Assembly: GCF_964355755.1 (NCBI RefSeq)
Contig: NC_092678.1
Span: 7,208,422 to 7,272,421, forward strand
DNA from: Antedon mediterranea
Taxonomy: Eukaryota > Animalia > Echinodermata
Direction: 5' to 3'
Length of the DNA stretch: 64,000 nucleotides
Shown here: positions 14,630-28,499 of the stretch, piece by piece
Position numbering within the stretch: the stretch's first letter is position 1
How the letters are laid out: every line of letters begins with the position of its first letter
The notes under the pieces: generated by a model
What the model saw: the letters and a program-made list of their open reading frames with translations, nothing else
What the model was told of the DNA's origin: nothing
Databases searched by the model: none
Translations under genes and position numbers: made by a program

Positions 14630-14871
14630 AGCGTGGTTCCCACTAGAACGCAACGCAGCGACGTATTGACGAAAAGTGACGTGTATTGCTAAAGCTTGGT
14701 TCCCACTAGAACGTAACGCAAGGACGTAAACGCAACGCAAGCGTTTTAACCAATGACAAGCGAAGTTATAGACGGTTAGCAATCACAAGCGAATAAGCCA
14801 TCGCTTGTGATTGGTCAATTCGCTTGCGTTGCGTTTACGTCCTTGCGTTACGTTCTAGTGGGAACCAAGCT
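14630..14871. mobile_element. Harbinger-like MITE 5' end plus a full 179-bp palindromic MITE (14693-14871)
   Basis: agcttggttcccactagaacgtaacgcaaggacg ... cgtccttgcgttacgttctagtgggaaccaagct. Confidence 0.8.
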
Positions 14872-16399
14872 TATGTGAATGATTGGCTTACTCAATGATC
14901 GTGGCCGTACGGTTAAGACATGGAACACAGTAGATTTGCCCTGTTTGTATTTACAGTAATTTGTTCTTGTTATGTATTATTAGTCCACCAGTCTAAATTC
15001 TGAGCTCAAGCATTATACGTGTGAAACGCCATTTGTGCCAAAATATTGATTTTTTAAAACTAATATTAAGTTGAAATTCAATCTGGAACCACACTATTAA
15101 TAAATTATATCGGCAAGGTCTAGTTTTTAAGTGGCGTAGAACAAGGCTTCTCGGCCGGATAAGAACTATATACCGGAGGTCCAGTGTACTCTAACGGGAA
15201 CCTACAGTAGGCCCTAGGCCTACATCTTTCGATTCGAGACGAGTTAGGCGGTTACTCGCCGTTGGGCAAGTTGGACACCCCAAAGTAGACACAGACAGGA
15301 CATGCAGACGTTATAAATTAATGCATCTAAAAAGTGTGTATGAACATTTTTAATCATATGAAGCTATGATTATTAACGGTAAATCGGGTTCGTTAGTGAC
15401 AATGATTGTTGCAAAGTACTCGATATAGTAGCATAACGCTACGGCACTCTGGAGAGTGATACATCACATTTATTTGTATATCATGTGACCCAATCCGTCC
15501 AATCAATGGTAATAATCTATTTAGGTGCGTTATAATTGACAATAATTATTATATTACAGTACGTATGGTCCTACGTATTGATCAATATTATTACGGTAAT
15601 TCTAAAAATCTGTATTAGGCTATACATGCTAAATTAATTATACGACTTTTGTTCGCGTAATTGGAAACAATTTTTTTTGCTAATGTTATGTTGTCCCGTT
15701 GAAACATTTTTGTTAAATATGCCGTTTTGATGCCATATAGGCCTAATAGTTTTTCAATTTGACCAGAGATTGGATTGAAGAAAAAAATTATATTTAAGTG
15801 AAAAAACTGTAATTTAACTCAAACAATAGTCAAATTGACGGTATTAAAAATGTGTTTTTGGTTGAATGTAACTGTTTATTTTGTCTTTTTCAGTCTTAGC
15901 TTTAGTTGTTTTTATACGGAAGTGATAAACTTTATTACAACTACAAAATAGGCAATTGGAAGTCTTCTTGTTTTTATTAATCTACATTTGTCATGGGGTT
16001 TTTATTTGGAGATGTGGTCGCGAACAATACATCTTTGATAATTGTATCCGAAGTTATTGTTGTATATTTATTGATTTTTTAAATATTTTTTGTGCTATTG
16101 TTTTTGTACGTAAAATGCAGGGCCCCAATGGAAACCAGTTCTTAACTGTTTGGGCTACCCTGGGTAAATAAATGTAAATAAATAATAAATAAACTATATA
16201 ATTGTAAATAAATTCAATTTTAAAAATAGCTTAAAATAATAACACTTTCTTATTAATAGTAATATACAATATAAATTTCTCTTAAGAACAATATATAAAT
16301 AATTTCATAATGTAATAAATATAAATCTACTTTTTCTTTTCTCTTAAAAACAAAGTCTATAAATAATTTGTTGTAAATTTTTTCTTTTATAGCATATAT

Positions 16400-16770
16400 C
16401 AACTAAAAATTCACTTTCCTTGGTAGATTAAAACAACAATAAAAAACACACATAAAAATGTTGCAACAATTTAAAACGTGCAGTATTATAACAGATTAAA
16501 ATACAAGATAAAAAGTTAAAAATGTAAAACTATTTAAAAATTGCATTAACGTCTTACATTAGAATTAAAAATATGAATGCTATTTACAATGAAGGATTTT
16601 CTAGTTCTACAAAGATTTGCTCTTGGCTGTCGTAATATATTGTTTACTTTTTTTTAAATACTCTTTTCATAGATAAATGAACAAGGCGTTAGATCAGCTT
16701 TAATAATACGTTGTGCAATTTTACGTGGTCTCTCATTCTGTAAGGTTTCCTGATATTAGCTTCCTGCTTG
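16400..16770 (-). mobile_element. Degraded 3' end of a non-LTR retrotransposon
   Basis: Minus-strand translation with frame disruption (KIAQRII...LRQPRANLCRTRKSFIVNSIHIFN) resembles a LINE ORF2 C-terminus, followed by an AT-rich UTR. Confidence 0.45.
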
Positions 16771-17341
16771 AAAACAAATTAAATATAAAATCAATCCCTC
16801 ATTGAAATACTATACTTAATTGAGGTTTCAATGCAGTTAATTCAATTCGATGTAATTTATTGTTAAAATTGCTAAAACGACTATCATAAACAGGCCGCAC
16901 ATGTAATTGAATTAATAAAGGCTGGTATGCGATACTCACAGAAGAGAGAAACAAACGTATATTGATGGTGCTTATAAATGAGTGGAGTTCATGAGTAGGT
17001 CATTAGTTAATGAGAAAACGACCGATTGTCGGTTATATTATAAATTTTGTGCAGTATCATAGGCAAAGTTCTTGATACAGCAACACATGTGAAACACATA
17101 AATCACATCTGTATAATAGACCCTAACCTTCCATGATACAAGCAACACGTCAGATACATTATAATCCGTATTCGACTACAACTCATCCTAGTATTGTATC
17201 TACATTTAGCCAGTATCATTGGCACCGTCCATGATACAGACATCACATGTGAAACACAAGATATGCTGTATTATGGAATTTACCTGTGGACAAGACAGAA
17301 CTATTAGACAAGTTACTGTATCAAAAATGCATTTATTATTT

Positions 17342-17662
17342 TGTGAGTGAGTGGCCGAGCGGTTAAGACAGTGGAACCGTAATCACGTAGCCATAACATC
17401 GGCAGGGGTTCGAGGCTCACTCACTCCATGGTTCTGGTGGTAGAACGAGTCTTCTCGGAAGGACTACAAACCGTAGGTCCAGTGTACACAACTTGTTCAT
17501 GTGCACTTTAAATAACCTAGTACATCTTTCGAGACGAGTAGGGGATTACCCCGGTGTATTAGTACATCACAGCCACTGATCACCAACTGGGCCCTCTGGG
17601 AGATCAGTCTTTGACTGAAGAGGTCACCCAGTATAAAGATAGAACAAACAAACAAAAACAAA
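17342..17662 (+). mobile_element. tRNA-derived SINE with Deu/Nin-like central domain; partial relatives at 14895-15280 (+) and 33310-33450 (-)
   Basis: A-box TGGCCGAGCGG, B-box GGTTCGAGGC, central tctcggaaggactacaaaccgtaggtcc...gagtaggggattaccccggtgt, (caaa)n tail. Confidence 0.7.
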
Positions 17663-19437
17663 CACAATTTTCTTATTTTATTTATTTTATTTTATTAATG
17701 CCTATATCCATGAAGACACTAATCAATTTAAAAGCCGTCCGTGTTAACATCTATGGCGTCAATATTGAATATTGATTGCATTCACAAAATACGTTTTACT
17801 CATTATTATTATTATTATTAAAATATGGTTTGTAACAAGCCTAAACAATTATAAACAGGACAGCATTATTAATAGATTCCCTGACGTATTTAAAGGTGAA
17901 AATGGCAGAAATATAATTATATTTCACTCCTCCATAAACATATATGTATACACACTCCAGACATAATATCAAAACACAACCCGCATTAGTATTATAGTAA
18001 GTATATACTGTATATATATTATATTATATATATATATTTATACCGGAGAAAATATTACGTATTATGTATTGTTTTATTTCTTTCTCATTCTAAATAAAAT
18101 CAGGTAAATGCTAATATTAATATTACCGAATAGCCTAATTATTGTATAATGTGAAGATCAGCGCTGAGAGTTATCTCTGCTAGTTGTAAGAGGATAATTA
18201 TTAATACAATGCGAAAGTCTCACGTTTATGGATATACAATTATTTAAATTAAATGAAAATACACATTTCGCGTAGACGGGTGAATAATTAGTATAATAAG
18301 TGAGTATAACATCTTCGGTGGATGCGTATACAGAGAATTAACATTGCATTTAACGGCAGATTTTGATGCAACATCTCTGCGTCGAAGAAGGAAACATGGC
18401 ATGTACGGCACACCACTAACAATATTGTCTGACTATGTTTACATAGGTAGTATATGCCGTGGCGTAAAACACCGTAAAATATACATTATAACCATGCTAT
18501 TATAACGTTATTATTCCGTTATCGAGAAAAAATTCAATTCAAGCAGGCTTACTTACGTTTTATAAAATATTCATTGTAAATTCCTGTTTAACATAACAAT
18601 CCTAGTTATTGTCTTGGCATCAATACAGTCCTGCTTATAATGTCTAAGTGTTGATCTTAACGTGCTACTCTCATAAATGAACGTAATCATCTATATATAC
18701 TTCCGTGCGAACCGGATTCGGATTGAATTGAATGTGAGGGCGCACACATCGTAATCTATCTATATATAAATTTACGTAAGGGCAAAATTCGGTAAATCGC
18801 GCCTTACTTCTAGAATGTTTACTCGATGGTATATAAAGTTGGTTCGTACTTTCGATACTGATTTTAACCACCTGATGTAACCCTGTTTACTAATTAAATG
18901 GAGTTCGATAATTAGTTATTGACGATTAAAACGAATTTAGGTTCAACGATTTGCCCCAAATAGGGGTGTTTTCCGATCGTGGTATAGGGCCTACACTGTC
19001 CAATGCATGTCTATCTTGAAAAATACCCGCATACAATAATACGAGGATGCTTCGCATTTTCCTATCTCCTCCTACGATAATTGTTTTTAATGGATGAAAA
19101 CCGGTTAAACAGCTCGAGTACAGCATCATAATGTTGAAGACAGACCTATTTTCTTAAAAACATACTATTTTGATAGATTTAATATACATTTATACAAATG
19201 TATTGATTTCCGATGAATGGAACATTCCAATAATAACTCTTTGCTTTAACACAAGTACCACCAGCTGTAGGTAAATTTATTGGCCCTTGGGTAATTAACC
19301 TAAAACCTATATATAGATAAGTATTGCAATACTTGGACATTACTGTAAATACGTATTAACATTTGTGGTCGCCGTTGAATTTACTGTGAGTGTGGGTACT
19401 GTTAGATGTATAACACAATCATGTACAAATAAACGTA

Positions 19438-19910
19438 TTACTGTGAGTGTAGGCCCTACTGTTATATAGAACGTGCAATATACAAATAAACTGTACTACT
19501 GACAGTTGCTTCTCAACGTTTGCATTAATTAATAATTACAAAGAATATAAACGTTGTAGTGGTACGTGTATCGTTACATGTACATGCTATTTCAATCGAC
19601 TATGACAGTGACAGTTTTAACAAAGTGTTAAGTCGCAAATGTGTTACTGTATCAAGTGGTATATTATTTATAGGCCTGTGAGTAGGCCCTACTGTTATAT
19701 AAAACGTACAATATACAAATAAACTGTACTACTGACAGTTGCTTCTCAACGTTTGTATTAATTAATAATTACAAAGAATATAAACGTTGTAGTGGTACGT
19801 ATCGTTACATGTACATGCTATTTCAATGGACTATAACAGTGACAGTTTTAACAAAGTATTTAATCGCAAATGCGTTACTGTATCAAGTGGTATATTATTT
19901 ATAGGCCTAT
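19438..19910. repeat. Direct tandem duplication of ~235 bp
   Basis: gtaggccctactgttatata...gtggtatattatttataggcct occurs twice with few differences. Confidence 0.85.
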
Positions 19911-20397
19911 CAAAGTGAAAAACATATTTCGTTACTGAGTAGATAAATAATATATTAAAATATTGTTCTTCTTTGTACCCATATCCTCTTCCCCATCCCT
20001 CAAAACTAATGTTACACACAAAACACAAATTGGGTTTGTTTAAATGAGTCCAAATAACAAATTTGGACTCATTTTGTGACAAGTTTCTCTTTCGGAAGTA
20101 ATTCCCAGTGTGCTAATTTCAATAACTATTATCGTCCTGCAGTACGTACAAGCATTTTTTTACGCTGAAATTACTGTGTATTCGAGAACCATCTGTGGGC
20201 ACGACCTAGATGGTACGCGAGCGAAGCGAGCGTACCATCTAGTCTACACAATTAACACAATACAACCAAATCAGAGAAGTTAGAGGCCGCAATGGACAAT
20301 ATAACGAAAAACATATTAATATTAATTGTGTATCAATATTTTCACAAAATCAATCAAATCGGGCCGTACACAATAGATTCAAATGTGTGTTGTTATA

Positions 20398-21558
20398 AAG
20401 ATTCAATCAATCATTCAATCGTTCGATTTATATAGCGCCATTCCAACATTCATTGCTCATGGCGCTGTAAAAAATCAGAAAAGGTGAGTTTTGAGTAGTG
20501 ACTTAAAGTGACTCAATAATGATGTGTGTTTAATGTTCAAGGGTAGGTGGTTCCAGAGCCTAGGTCCAGCAACACTGAAAGTCCGATCTCCCCAGCTATG
20601 TTTGCTCCTTGGAATGTCCAGTAGCACCTGATGACTAGATCTTAGTTCTCGCTTTCCCTTCTTGACTGTCAACAATTCTGAGAGATATTTTGGAGCGCAA
20701 CTATTTAGGCATCGGAACACCAGCAGCAGGATCTTAAATTTAACACGTGACTCCATGGGTAGCCAATTTAACTCTTTGAACAATGGTGTGACGTGATCAT
20801 ACTTCTTGGCACACATCACCAAGCGAGCTGCCCAATTTTGCACCTTCTGGAGAGTCCGCAACTGCTTCTTTGGCAGACCATACAGCAGGGAATTTCCCAT
20901 ATCAAGCCGACTGGTAACAAAAGCATGTACAATCTGCTCTGTTGCACAATGGTTCAAGTAACGTCTGATCTTGGCGATGTTACATAAATGGAAAATAGCA
21001 GATCGGCAGATTTTGTTGATATGTGATTCCATGGTCATTTTACAATCAAGTTGTACACCAAGGTTACGAACTTCTGATGATGGATTGACTAGTACGCCAC
21101 CAATATGTAGGCCATCAAACCGGATCTTTTTTCTCTGCTGAACAGAACCAAATAGGATCACCTCGGTCTTTTTATCATTTAGCTTGAGGAAGTTGGAGCC
21201 CATCCATTTTCTAATCTCAGCAGTGCATGCTTCTAACCGTTTTACGGCGGACAGAAACTTGGTCTGGCAAGGCTTGACAGAAACATAGATGGAAAACAGC
21301 TGTGGTCCAAGCACCGAACCTTGTGGGACGCCACATAATAGAGGAAGGTCATCTGAAACATCACCAATGCAGACGGCCTGGGTTCTGTTCCTTAGATATG
21401 ATGTGAACCAAGACAATGCTTGATCTCTTACCCCAATATCATGTGACAATCTATGAAGAAGCAGTGAGTGATCTACTGTGTCAAAAGCAGCCGATAAGTC
21501 TAGTAAAACTAGAATAACAAGTTCTTGATTATCTATTGATGTCAAAACGTCATTCTTA
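20398..21558 (-). mobile_element. 5'-truncated L2-clade LINE (reverse transcriptase C-half), internally deleted
   Basis: ORF 20475-21545 has [50 protein letters not shown] and LLKTHLF; the YADD segment is missing; short 3' UTR and (attg)n tail. Confidence 0.92.
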
Positions 21559-22405
21559 AAGACTTACTGTCCACGTACATTATAACTATAACTTTAAAAG
21601 TATGTGTTATTTATTTAGTTTTATCTACATTTTGTATATGCTTACATACTTTTTCAAATAGCTTCAATAATATATAATAATAATACCACATTTATATAGC
21701 GCCCTTTTCATGAGTAATCATGCTCAAAGGCGCTTTACAAGCATTATTACCCCAGTATTTTTGTTGGATCAAACACGTATGAAAACATACTCCCATAATC
21801 TTTATCTAACCGGGTACCCATTTATAAACCTGGGCGAAGAGAGGCAAACGTAAGTATACCCTTTTAAAGTATCTTGCCTGCAGATACAAGCAATACGGCG
21901 AGAGTTGGATTCGAACCTAGGTCTGACGATCGGTAGTCCAACGTCCAACACACTGCGCCACACGCCCCCGAAATCAAATGTTGATATAAAGTTTGCGGTA
22001 CACATGTATATTCCTTCTAAAAAGAACTGTTGAGTTTCTCGACGCTTCGATCAATATGCTTTAATCGTCCTCAGGAGTAATAACTTTATATCAGAATAAA
22101 TTTAATTTCTGACCGTTTTTATTAAATTTTTGTTTAGTTTTAATCTAGTCATTTATCTTTGTAACTGTATTGTTAATGTTAGAACGCACCCTTTTATAAA
22201 CGTGTGCTTTTGATCCAAAAGCGGCGTTCGATCGAATAAAGTTTGAGTTTCAGTCCCTTTTTCCCGACCAAGCTATGACGTCCCGCTTTTTGAAAAATAA
22301 ATGAATATTAATAATAAATCTGGAAAAGTACACTTTTGAAACAGTGGCACGCTTTTTGAGGGAATATGTGTTCAGAGTAAACAAAATATATGCAAGAAAA
22401 TTATA

Positions 22406-22874
22406 CACTGTAAAAAATTAGTGTTTAGATCTTAAACATGTATTTTGTACCCATTTTTCCACACATTTAACCTTAAACATGTTTAGATATAAACATGTTT
22501 AGGTTCTAAATACATTCTAAATTCTGTATTTAACTCAACGCATCAGTGACGTGTTGATTGTTAAACATGTTGAGCAATATAGACACGTTTAGGTTTTAAA
22601 CGTGTTTAATTTACCATGTGTTGAGCTGCTCATGTGTAAAGCTTTTTTTTTTCGTCACAGTAAAATCATATGCACGCAACGCTAAACACGTACCTAAACA
22701 TGTTGACTGAACATAATATTGACATGTTGACTGCTAAACGAGTGGAGGAAAACAACAACTATAAACACGTTGAGGTTGGCACGCTAAACATGTAACTACA
22801 TGTTAAAAGCTAAATGTGTAGAAAAAGTGGGTACAAAATAGATGTTTAAGATCTAAACACTATTTATTACAGTG
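22406..22874. mobile_element. Foldback MITE with CACTG...CAGTG ends and internal aaacatgtt repeats
   Basis: ~65-bp TIR cactgtaa..tagtgtttagatcttaaacat.tattttgtaccca matches the right end in reverse complement. Confidence 0.8.
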
Positions 22875-23453
22875 AGTAAACATAGGCCTAAAAAATATAA
22901 CAGTAGCAACAAAAGAATCAATGTGTTTAATGGTGAAGAGTGCCAGGAATTATATATGATACATTTCCTGCCTAAATTCAATAGGGTTCCTTCCCTAAAA
23001 TGTCTATACATAAATCCATTTCTAAAATATGGTAAGCAGAAATTCGCTATTTATATCTCATCATTGAATGTTTATCATCACGGTGCTCGCATGGGTTTAG
23101 AGGAATTATAAGTTGTCAATAGATTTCTGATAATATCGAATAATAGTCCGATAGGTACAATGGGTGCATAACGCGTCAGCTACAGACCATGAAACGCATT
23201 ATTCAATTCAATTGAATTCAAACATTTATACTCTCCCTCCTTTTATAATCAGAGAATAGAAATGCCAGCCTTGTGAACACAACTCTAAATGTGTCTTCAG
23301 ATTGAAATGGTACACTATAAATAGACTCCGGTGTCATGACACTATACCGTATGTTATATTTTATGTGATGCAGTAGAGTAAGGGATTAGTTATACAGTAG
23401 TTTGGTTTTGAATAAAGCGTTGGCAAAGTACCCCAATGTTGTTACCATAATAA

Positions 23454-26400
23454 TTAGGTTATATGCATTATCATGCATATAACCTCTTGATTCTGTCAAA
23501 ATCTTTATTTATTTATTGGTTATCCGCCTCAAGCGGATAACCTTTGTTATTGTAGTGTTACTTTTTTTTTTTATTATTCTTCTTTCTTTCTCCGATTTTG
23601 TGTACGCGTTTTCTCTTGAACGTGTTAACATAACATTTTGTAACTTGGTCAACATATAGACAATTAACTGAAGATGTACTGCGAAGCTTTTTGACAATGT
23701 CAGATCCGCGTAGCGTAAGTTACGCGCGATTTTCTGAAAATCTTAAATCGGTCATAACTTCGAAACCGATAAATATTTTTTAACGAAATTTTCAGCCACG
23801 TTTTCTTCACATCAATGGCTAACTTTTTCGCTCTTCAGCAAATTTTTGAACACTAGAAAGTCTGCGCGTAAACTGCGTTTGAAATTTTAAAATGCTCCTA
23901 ATTTGTGCACGCTGTTTCTCTGTAACGCGTTAACATAACATTTTGTAACTTGTTCAACATATAGACATTTTACTGAAGTTGTCCAGCCAAGCTTTTTGAC
24001 GATGTCAGAGCCGCGTAGCGTAAGTTACGCGTGATTTTCTGAAAATCTTAAATTGGTTATAACTTCGAAACAAATGAATATTTTTTAACGTCATTTTCAG
24101 CCACGTTTGCTTCACATCAATAGTTAACTTTTTTAACGCTATCGCAATTTGTAACATTAGAAAGTGCGCGCGTAAATGGCGTTTGAAATTTTAAAATGCT
24201 TCAAATCAATTTCTGATTAAATTAGAGCACGATTCAGGTCATTTTAAGCGTTTAAAAAATTGCCACTGGTGCGCACATTTTTACGCGCGCACGGCGCAGG
24301 GAACAGGTATGAGCATTTCTTTTACACGATTTGTGTTTTTAAATCTTCTGTTAACAATTTTACGTTATTTTATTCACTTTTCAACTTGAAATGGCGTTCT
24401 ACGAGCACGTTAAACATGACAGGTTGCGCACGAAAACGTCAACAAATTGTGAAAATGTTCCAAAATATGTCTACTTTTAAAAATGACACAGTTCATCAGA
24501 ATGCAAGGTTACCACCATTTTTTATTTTAATTTCTTGCAGTGTATGAATCATAGGTCTGATTTATTATAGTGTTGAATGCTAAAACGTGTTTGATGGCTA
24601 CATTATTTGCATATTAAATATAATTTTTGAAATATTTATCATCAAACAAACATAAACTTATTCAAAGAGCAAAACAATAAACATAACATTTATCTTTTTT
24701 CTTTACATGTTAATATATAAAACTTGAAAGTATGTACTTTCATAAAATATCAGCGTTTAAAATTTTTGAAGATTTCATCATAGTAAAATTTATGATTTAA
24801 GTTTGATATGTAATAATCAACTTGCATCGAGGGGGTTCACGACATACCGAATGAACGAGGACTCTTTCTTCGGATTTTCGTCAGCAGGTGGTCATATGGC
24901 TCGATGTGTAATGCAACCGACTTTGGTATCAGAGGTACCGGGTTCGAGTCCCGTCACGGGAAAACAATTAATTAAAAGGGTTTAGTTGGTTATTACACTG
25001 AGAGGGCAGTTTTAATTTTGAATAGCCTACTTTTTTTGGAAAAGTCATAACTTGGAAGTACTTGAATACGCAAGATACGCTTTGTTGCTGGCGGATAACC
25101 AAACTCGTCCTCAAGTGACGAGTTTAAGTTCTAGTTAGGTTATATGCATGATATGCATATAACCTCTTGATTCTGTCAAAATCTTTATTTATTTATTTAT
25201 TTATTTATTTATTCTTTCCTTAGCACTATTTTGTCCGTGCATTATCTTGGCATCAGTTTCATCTAGCTAAGTCAAGTTTTCAGAGTATATTCCTTATGGC
25301 CAGGAATCGATGTGGTTATATTTTCACGATGCGTAATCAAAAATTACGCGGTCTACGCGCGATTTTACGAAATCACGTTTGTAATCATATCTTCACAAGC
25401 ATGAATCACAATTAAACAAAATTTGGTACTCATAAATTTCAGGTCATATTTCATCATATGGCAATTAAATTACGTGCGTAGCGCATATAACGCTTGCGTA
25501 CGCGCGCTTAAAATGTTCAAAATTGTCAAAATTTATTTTCGATGAAATTAGAGTACGTTTCAGGCAATTTTAAGCGTTTAAAAAATTGCCATGAGTGCGC
25601 AGATTTTTGCACGCGCACTGCGCGTTAAACGTTAATGCGCACTCTTTTTGCCCGATTTCTGTTTTACAATCTTTCTTTAATAATATCATCATATTTGATT
25701 CAGGTTTCAACTCGAAATTGCGTTATACGAGCACGTCAAAAGTGACTGGCTACGCACGTATAAGTTAACAAAATGGTGAAAATATGCTAAATTTTAAAAT
25801 TAATATATATCGTCAGAATGCAGGGGAACACCTATTTTTTATTTCATTTTCTTGAAGTGTATGTATCATATGTATGATTTATTATCAAATTAAGAGAACA
25901 AAAGTTGATTAAGTCATCATTAATTGCATATTAAATTAAAAAAACATAATTTCGACAATCAAACAAATTATGACATTTTCTTAGGCCAAAATAACAAACT
26001 TAACATTAACTTTCTTCCTTCAAAAATTCATATATTAAAGTTAAAAGTATGTAGTTTGACAGTGCATCATTTGTATACATTTTAAAGATGTCATCATAGT
26101 AAAAAATTATAATTCATTTCAGTATGTAATAATCTATTTGCATCAAAGTGGTTACTGCATAGTAAATACACGGAGGAATTTTTCTACAACTTTTAGTCAG
26201 TTGTGTACGGCTCGGTGGTCTGTGCTCGTGTCTATGGCATTCAAGGTACCGAGATCGAGTCTCACCTTGGGAAACGAAATAAGATTTTTTTTTTATTATC
26301 CGTATTGTTTGTTCAAATTTATTTCTTAGTGTATAGATTATACACATGATTTATAATGAAATCTAGATAAAAATTTACTTATGTCTTTATTATTATGTAA

Positions 26401-28040
26401 CAACAAATGTGGTTTATGACATTATACGCATATGGATCTTTGATCGGATTGTGATACCGGCTATGGTGTTCGCGTTAGCAAGGTCCTATCATATATTATA
26501 AATAATTAAAGATTCTGAGAAAATCAATCAATCAATATATCTTTTAAAAATCAATTATCTTTATTTAAATCAATGCATATAACCTATAATTCGTCATAGT
26601 GACGAATTAAATCTAGTTTATTTATTCTTTCCTTAGCACTATTTTGTCCGTGAATTATCTTGATATCAGTTTCATCTATCTAAGTCAATTTTTCAGAGTA
26701 TATTCCTTATGGCCAGGAATCGATGTGGTTATATTTTCACGATGCGCAATCAAAAATTACGCGGTCTACGCACGATTTTACGAAATCACGTTTGTAATCA
26801 TATCTTCACAAGCATGAATCACAATTAAACAAAATTTGGTACTCATAAATTTCAGGTCATATTTCATCATATGGCAATACAATTACGTGCGTAGCGCATA
26901 TAACGCTTGCGTACGCGCGCTTAAAATGTTCAAAATTGTCAAAATTAATTTTCGATGAAATTAGAGTACGTTTCAGGCAATTTTAAGCGTTTAAAAAATT
27001 GCCATGAGTGCGCAGATTTGTTCACGCGCACGGCGCGTTAAACGTTAATGCGCACTCTTTTTGCCCGATTTCTGTTTTACAATCTTTCTTTAATAATATC
27101 ATCATATTTGATTCACGTTTCAACTCGAAATTGCGTTATACGAGCACATCAAAAGTGACTGGCTACGCACGTATAAGTTAACAAAATGGTGAAAATATGC
27201 TAAATTTTAAAATTAATATATATCGTCAGAATGCAGGGGAACACCTATTTTTTATTTCATTTTCTTGAAGTGTATGTATCATATGTATGATTTATTATCA
27301 AATTAAGAGAACAAAAGTTGATTAAGTCATCATTAATTGCATATTAAATTTAAAAAAAATAATTTCGACAATCAAACAAATTATGACATTTTCTTAGGCC
27401 AAAATAACAAACTTAACATTAACTTTCTTCCTTCCAAAGTTCATATATTAAAGTTAAAAGTATATAGTTTGACAGTGCATCATTTGTTTACATTTTAAAG
27501 ATGTCATCATAGTAAAAAATTATAATTCATTGCGGTATGTAATAATCTATTTGCACCAAACTGGTTACTGCATAGTAAATACACGGAGGAATTTTTCTAC
27601 AACTTTTAGTCAGTGGTGTATGGCTCGATGGTCTGTGCTCGTGTCTATGGCATTCAAGGTACCGAGATCGAGTCTCACCTTGGGAAACGAAATAAGATTT
27701 TTTTTTTAATATCCGTATTGTTTGTTCAAATTTATTTCTTAGTGTATAGATTATACACATGATTTATAATGAAATCTAGATATAAATTAACTTATGTCTT
27801 TATTATTATGTAACAACAAATGTGGTTTATGACATTATACGCATATGGATCTTTGATCGGATTGTGATACCGGCTATGGTAGTCGCGCTAGCAAGGCTAG
27901 GTCACGTCCTATCATATATTATAAATAATTAAAGATTCTGAGAAAATCAATCAATCAATATATCTTTTAAAAATAAATTATCTTTATTTAAATCAATGCA
28001 TATAACCTATAATTCGTCATAGTGACGAATTAAATCTAGT
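23454..28040 (+). mobile_element. Nest of three Helentron-like (HINE/DINE-type) elements: outer copy 23454-23515 + 26618-28040; inserts 23516-25134 and 25135-26617
   Basis: 5' subterminal inverted repeats ggttatatgcat/atgcatataacc (or ggttatccgc/gcggataacc); 3' repeat of the sub-TIR, hairpin (aattcgtcatagtgacgaatt or aaactcgtc...gacgagttt) and ctagtt. 25210-26617 and 26618-28040 are near-identical. Confidence 0.85.
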
Positions 28041-28499
28041 TAGAATTTACATTTTAAAAAAACAACTAAAACCGCCTTCAAACATCATGTCGAGATAACA
28101 ATAATTTATGATCAAAGAAACCTACTAGACCACCAAAGAATGATCATGTTGATTGTTTATTTTTGCCGTACGACCCAGTTAATTAATTAATAAGAATATT
28201 ATCTACCCTATTACGCCATTGTTATGATATGCGCATGCGCTAGGCGACTGGCCCGTCGACTGCTGGCAAATTTCAGCATTTTGGCGTTCGAGTACCGGGG
28301 CGAACGAGTGGACGTATGACGTCATAACTGCGAAAGTTTTACCTAAATCATGGCGGAGAATGATCTCGCGATGATTTTCTGAATGTGGAAAGTGAATTTC
28401 AGTAAAAATATATTTGTGAAATCTGTGAAATATTGATTTGTATTGGTTTTTAAATAAAGCTTGTAATGATACAGGCTATGGCCTGGGTCTTATCATTAG

